A stretch of 22,070 bases of DNA. Origin: Fonticula alba ATCC 38817. Lineage: Eukaryota > Protista > Nucleariida. Location of the stretch: NCBI GenBank assembly GCA_000388065.2, contig KB932203.1, one strand, 5' to 3'. Positions 18,501 through 22,070 of the stretch are shown piece after piece. The notes under the pieces are model-generated. The model was not told the origin of the DNA and did no database searches. It saw only the letters and a program-made list of their open reading frames with translations. Position 1 is the first letter of the stretch; each line of letters starts with the position of its first letter. A program made the translations under genes and the position numbers.

Positions 18501-20508
18501 GTCTGCCTGCGCCATTTATTTCTCGGTGCCCACGCTGACGCCCTGGGCCTCCTGTGTGTGTGTGTGTGTGTGTGTGTTCAACCCTTTTCGCCCTCCTCTC
18601 CCCCCCCCCCTCCTTCCGCCCCCCGGCCCCGTTTGCCCCTCCCGCTCGGTGCATTGGCCATGCGCGCAGCATCGGCTCTACCTATTCCTTTGATTCCACG
18701 GCATCCGGGTCTGGTCCTGGCCCGGCCGCTGGGCCGGTCGACATGGCCGGCTCCTCGGAGGGGGCCCAGCCCAACATGTCGGCCCATCACGCCGGCACTG
18801 CCGGCCCCACTCCTCCTCAAATCGTGGTCTACTCGTCGGACGGCGGGGTAACTGGCGGCTTGCTGCCGGCCACCTCGCGGCACTTCTTCATCTTGACCGA
18901 GTTCGCCGATGGCGGGTCCCTGCATCAGGCCATTCACAGCTCCAAGGCTCGGCTTCCCCTGTGGGTGAAGCTGAAGCTGGCCCTGGACGTGGCGCGCGGC
19001 ATGGAGTACCTGCACACCCGGCCAAATCCGGTCATCCACCGAGATCTCAACCCGCAAAATGTGCTGCTTGTGTTCGGCCGGCCGGGGGCCGGGCGCGCGC
19101 GGGCCGACCCGAATGCCGCCGGGTCCCTCGCGGCCGCTGCGGCCGCTGCCACCCCATCCACTGCCAGCCAGCTGCCCAGCCGCAGTGCGCACAGTCGAAC
19201 CCTCAGCACCGGCCTGCTCGGTGGCCAGGAGGGCCCCGGCGGCCTGGGCGGTCTGGGCCCGGCCTTCCCTTCGGGCACGCCCTTGTCGTCGGTGTCCGAG
19301 GTGCCCGGATCGCCGCCCGGGTCGCCGCGAGCCGCCACGCCCCCCGAAGCGCCCCCCGGGCCGCCGTCCCTGGATGAGTGGGACCGTAACAGCATCGTCC
19401 TCCGGGCCGTGGTGGCGGATTTCGGCGAGTCGCAGCTCCTGCTGGAGGGTGATGTGGACCCGGGCGCCTCCGGGTCTCGGCCTGCCTTCCGCCAGGGGCC
19501 CGCCACCGGGCCGCACTTCCGCGACATGACCAAGCAGCCAGGGGTGCGTGTCTCGCACGCGCGCGCACACGCACACGCACACGCACACGCACACGCACAC
19601 ACATACATACATACATACATACATACATGTATATGTTCTCCCCCACACACAGCCCGCTGTGCCTACATCCGTGTGTCACTCACCCACTCTCACGCCCTGC
19701 AGAACCTTCGCTACATGGCTCCGGAGGTCTTTCTCCAGGCGGACTATTCCACCAGTGCTGACGTCTACTCTTTCGGCCTTTGTTTGTGGGAGCTTTTGGC
19801 CGAGGCGACTCCGTTCGCCGGCCAGCCGCCAGGTGCGTCTGCGCAACTTGCATGGCCCTGTCCCTGCCCTGCCCCCCCCCCCCCCCCCCCCTGCTCTCTC
19901 TGCCCCTCCTGCTAGGGGTTCTGTCTCCATGTGTGTATCCTGCTTTGATGCCGCTGACCAGTCTCTCCTCGGGTGCCTTTCCCCCATGCCCGGTCGTCTA
20001 CCATGCTTCTCCTCGCCTTTCCCCTCCTACCTACCCCATCCTTGGTGCAGCCTATGTCGCCTTCCACATGGCCAACCATGACTTCCGACCGGCCCTACCC
20101 AGCGACCGGGCCACCCTTCACGTGCCGGCCATGATGCCGGCCACGTCGGATTATGTGCAGGCCCCGGCGCCGACATACCTAACCAGCGCCGACTCCCAAG
20201 GGTCTCCCTGGCCACCGGGGGTGGTTTCCCTGATTCGCGAATGCTGGAGTGCGTCGCCTGCGCGGAGGCCCAGCTTCTCCACCATTGTCACCCAGCTGGG
20301 GGACATCCTCAACCAGGTGGCCCGGTCGACGACGGCCGTGGCACCTTTCTTCTCGGCCGAGCCGCCGGCGGCCATCAACGGCCCGGTCAGTCCTGAACCC
20401 CATCATCCCCACTCGATGTTGCATCCTGGCCGTGGGGCGATTCCCCCGCTGCCCGGGGGCGCCGGCCCCTTCCACCGGCCGGTTCCCTCCGCCAAGTACA
20501 TTGACTGA
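12524..20508 (+). CDS. Ankyrin-repeat TKL (MAP3K-like) protein kinase, TNNI3K-like (~1980 aa, ~13 exons)
   Basis: Inferred exons 12524-12563, 12674-12875, 12975-13179, 13279-13351, 13617-13783, 13925-14602, 14781-15489, 15664-17043, 17264-17356, 17460-18393, 18670-19543, 19703-19832, 20051-20508 (5943 nt, divisible by 3). Ankyrin-like motifs: FAPLHIAIAQ, GSTSLHHLV, YPPLHLSLSRGD, EGNNALHLAARRAD, HLGDTPLHVCL, RLGDTLLHALF. Kinase motifs: IGEGSFCKV, IAVKQ, LCREARILSQLSHPNIIRFLG, LTEFADGGSL, DVARGMEYLH, IHRDLNPQNVLL, VVADFGES, MTKQPGNLRYMAPEV, DVYSFGLCLWELL, RECWSASPARRPSF. The kinase exons are firm; the N-terminal exons are moderate confidence. Confidence 0.85.
13372..13479. other. Assembly gap (N-run) in a kinase intron
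   Basis: 108 Ns flanked by C runs. Confidence 0.99.
15581..15628. other. Assembly gap (N-run) within inferred kinase intron 15490-15663
   Basis: 48 Ns flanked by C runs. The surrounding GTACGC donor and ATCAG acceptor are phase-1 compatible. Confidence 0.95.
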
Positions 20509-21428
20509 GAGAAGCCGTCCTTCTCGCGGGCGATGAGATGCTGACGAGGAGGGCGCGCGTGTACTCCCCCGTTCTCCCCCCCCCCCTTCCGCCTGTCTCT
20601 CTCTCCCTCTCTCTCGCCCCCCCCCTCCCTCCCTTCCTCCCCCGTCTCCTCCTATCCATCCTTCAGTTCCGGGCCGATCCTGTCCCACATCCCCTCTCTC
20701 CCTCCTCATCCTCGTTCATGCCACGCACACACAGAGCACACAATTTTGCCTGCCCGCCCTCCCCTTCCCATGTCATTCTCTGTCAGCGGCGCCCGCCGCG
20801 CACTGTATATTCCCCTTGCCTTGTGCCCTCGCCCCTCTCTCCCCCCCCCCGCCCCCCTCTCCTGGGGCACATTCTCTCCTCTTGCGCCAACGCGTGAAGC
20901 AGATAATAGAACACAAGTAGGCGCGTTTGGTCGTCTGCATTCCCCCCTGATTCTCCCCCTTCATCCCCTCTACTCCAGCCGAAGGGGTGTACATACACAC
21001 GCGCGCACACAAGCGCGTGTGATCTTGGAGCAAAAAGAGGCGCCATTTTCGGGGGACATGTTTTGTATTTGCTTTTGTCATGATTTTTGCTCCTTTTTTT
21101 CCCGGACACCTCTCGCGCAAGGGGCGCAGCGCATGAAGTGCGTGTGGTGCCGTGTATGTGTGCATGTGGTGCGTGCTTATGACTGATGGCGCGCGCGCAC
21201 GCACAAATACAGAGCGCGATCCTGGATGGCCACATCTCACTCCATGCACACGATGCCGTGCGCGCGCGTATGGGACCTGACATGGCAGCTCACGCCTTGG
21301 GTGAGGGAAGGGAAGGGGGGGGGGGGCTGCCAGATGCTGGCAGCACACAACCCCCCCGCATGCGCACATTCACCTCGCCCTGCTCGTGAAGACCAGACTA
21401 GCCAGGCATAGGAGAGACCTCGCCTGGC

Positions 21429-22070
21429 TCAGGCCAGAGACACAAGGATACCAGCGGCGCAGGCAACCGCGGCCACGGCGCCCGAGCCCCAGGATGACCG
21501 GGCAAACGCCAAGACAGAGAAGGCATCGGAGGAGGAGCTCGAGGCCTCGATGGGACCGCCGTTCTGGAACCATCACGGGAAGGGGGGCATCAATGGGGAG
21601 GAACGACAGAGAGGGGGCATTAGCTTGGGCGTTCGGTGGCCAGGAAAAGAAAAAGAGGAAAGAGCCCCGCCATCGCAGAAGAAGGACACAATAATGCTGG
21701 CCAGTTGATGGGGGAGGATTTTCACGCACAGAGCCGTTGGAACCACCGTTGGAGCCACCGTTGGAGCCACCGTTGGAGCCACCGTTGGAGCCACCGTTGG
21801 AGCCACCGTTGGAGCCACCGTTGGAACCTTCCGGGGGGACGGCGCTCCCATTGCTACCAGATCCACTGGCGGGAGGAGTGCCACCATTGGACGACTCACC
21901 GCCGGGAGGGATGCCACCGTCGCTGGAGCTATCGGCCGGAGGCGGATTGGTGGGAGGAGGATCGGTAGGCGGGGGGTTGGTGGGGGGAGGATCGGTGGGC
22001 GGGGGGTTGGTGGGGGGAGGATCGGTGGGCGGGGGATTGGTGGGGGGAGGATCGGTGGGGGGAGGATTGG
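21429..22070 (-). CDS. 3' end of a probable GPI-anchored surface protein with a Pro/Thr and Gly/Ser/Asn stalk (5'-partial, ~157 aa visible)
   Basis: Exon >22070-21730 reads (N/D)PPPT x9, then SSSDGGIPPGGESSNGG..., then (SNGG)7. Intron 21729-21564 (GTGCGT...TTCCAG, phase 0). The last exon 21563-21429 reads NGGPIEASSSSSDAFSVLAFARSSWGSGAVAAVACAAGILVSLA*: small residues followed by an uncharged hydrophobic C-terminus with no cytosolic tail. This frame is not in the ORF track because it has no start codon in the window. Confidence 0.78.
21730..21825 (-). repeat. Coding 12-bp tandem repeat, (SNGG)7 + SNGS
   Basis: GGAGCCACCGTT repeats on the + strand. Confidence 0.93.
21934..22068 (-). repeat. Coding 15-bp repeat with a 30-bp higher-order unit (NPPPT-DPPPT), 9 units visible and running off the window
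   Basis: Near-identical GGTGGGGGGAGGATCGGTGGGCGGGGGGTT units on the + strand. Confidence 0.93.

Noticed and set aside
19551-19626. (GCACAC)n/(CATA)n and other CA, GT and CT microsatellites (e.g. near 10047, 11136, 12320, 18553)
   Set aside because: Ordinary simple repeats in introns or UTRs with no additional structure.
12524-20508. Assignment as integrin-linked kinase (ILK) pseudokinase
   Set aside because: HRD and DFG are intact, and the HRDLN and MTKQPGNLR segments resemble TNNI3K rather than ILK.
21204-21220. ATACAGAG resembling the U6 snRNA ACAGAGA box
   Set aside because: The match stops before the final A, and the flanking U6 elements (AGATTAGC, internal stem-loop, U-tail) are absent.

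Overview
A GC-rich, intron-rich eukaryotic genomic window, not prokaryotic. It has spliceosomal GT-AG introns, a Pol III tRNA and three N-gaps flanked by poly-C/G. The style suggests a microbial eukaryote with mitochondria, possibly an opisthokont protist such as Fonticula; the organism was not verified. By joining ORF fragments across splice sites I reconstruct six protein-coding genes and one tRNA. (1) A 5'-truncated, >1860-aa low-complexity protein carrying about 27 'xxxQTSxPxSP' motifs (+, <1-5847). (2) TAF10 (-, 6116-7437). (3) A TruB/Pus4-family tRNA pseudouridine-55 synthase with a mitochondrial-type presequence (+, 8147-10363). (4) Signal peptidase subunit SPCS1/Spc1 (+, 10986-11724). 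(5) tRNA-Ala(AGC) (11962-12034). (6) A ~1980-aa, 13-exon ankyrin-repeat TKL kinase resembling animal TNNI3K (+, 12524-20508). (7) The 3' end of a probable GPI-anchored surface protein (-, 21429->22070). Most long ORFs in the supplied track are GC-driven shadow frames. The best leads are the QT-motif array (a candidate highly multivalent dynein light chain LC8 scaffold with paired proline-directed phospho-sites) and the TNNI3K-like kinase. Smaller leads include a candidate 6-nt microexon, a strong GTGCGT donor bias and a (CCG)24 tract before a splice acceptor. All homology calls rest on remembered motifs, not on database searches.
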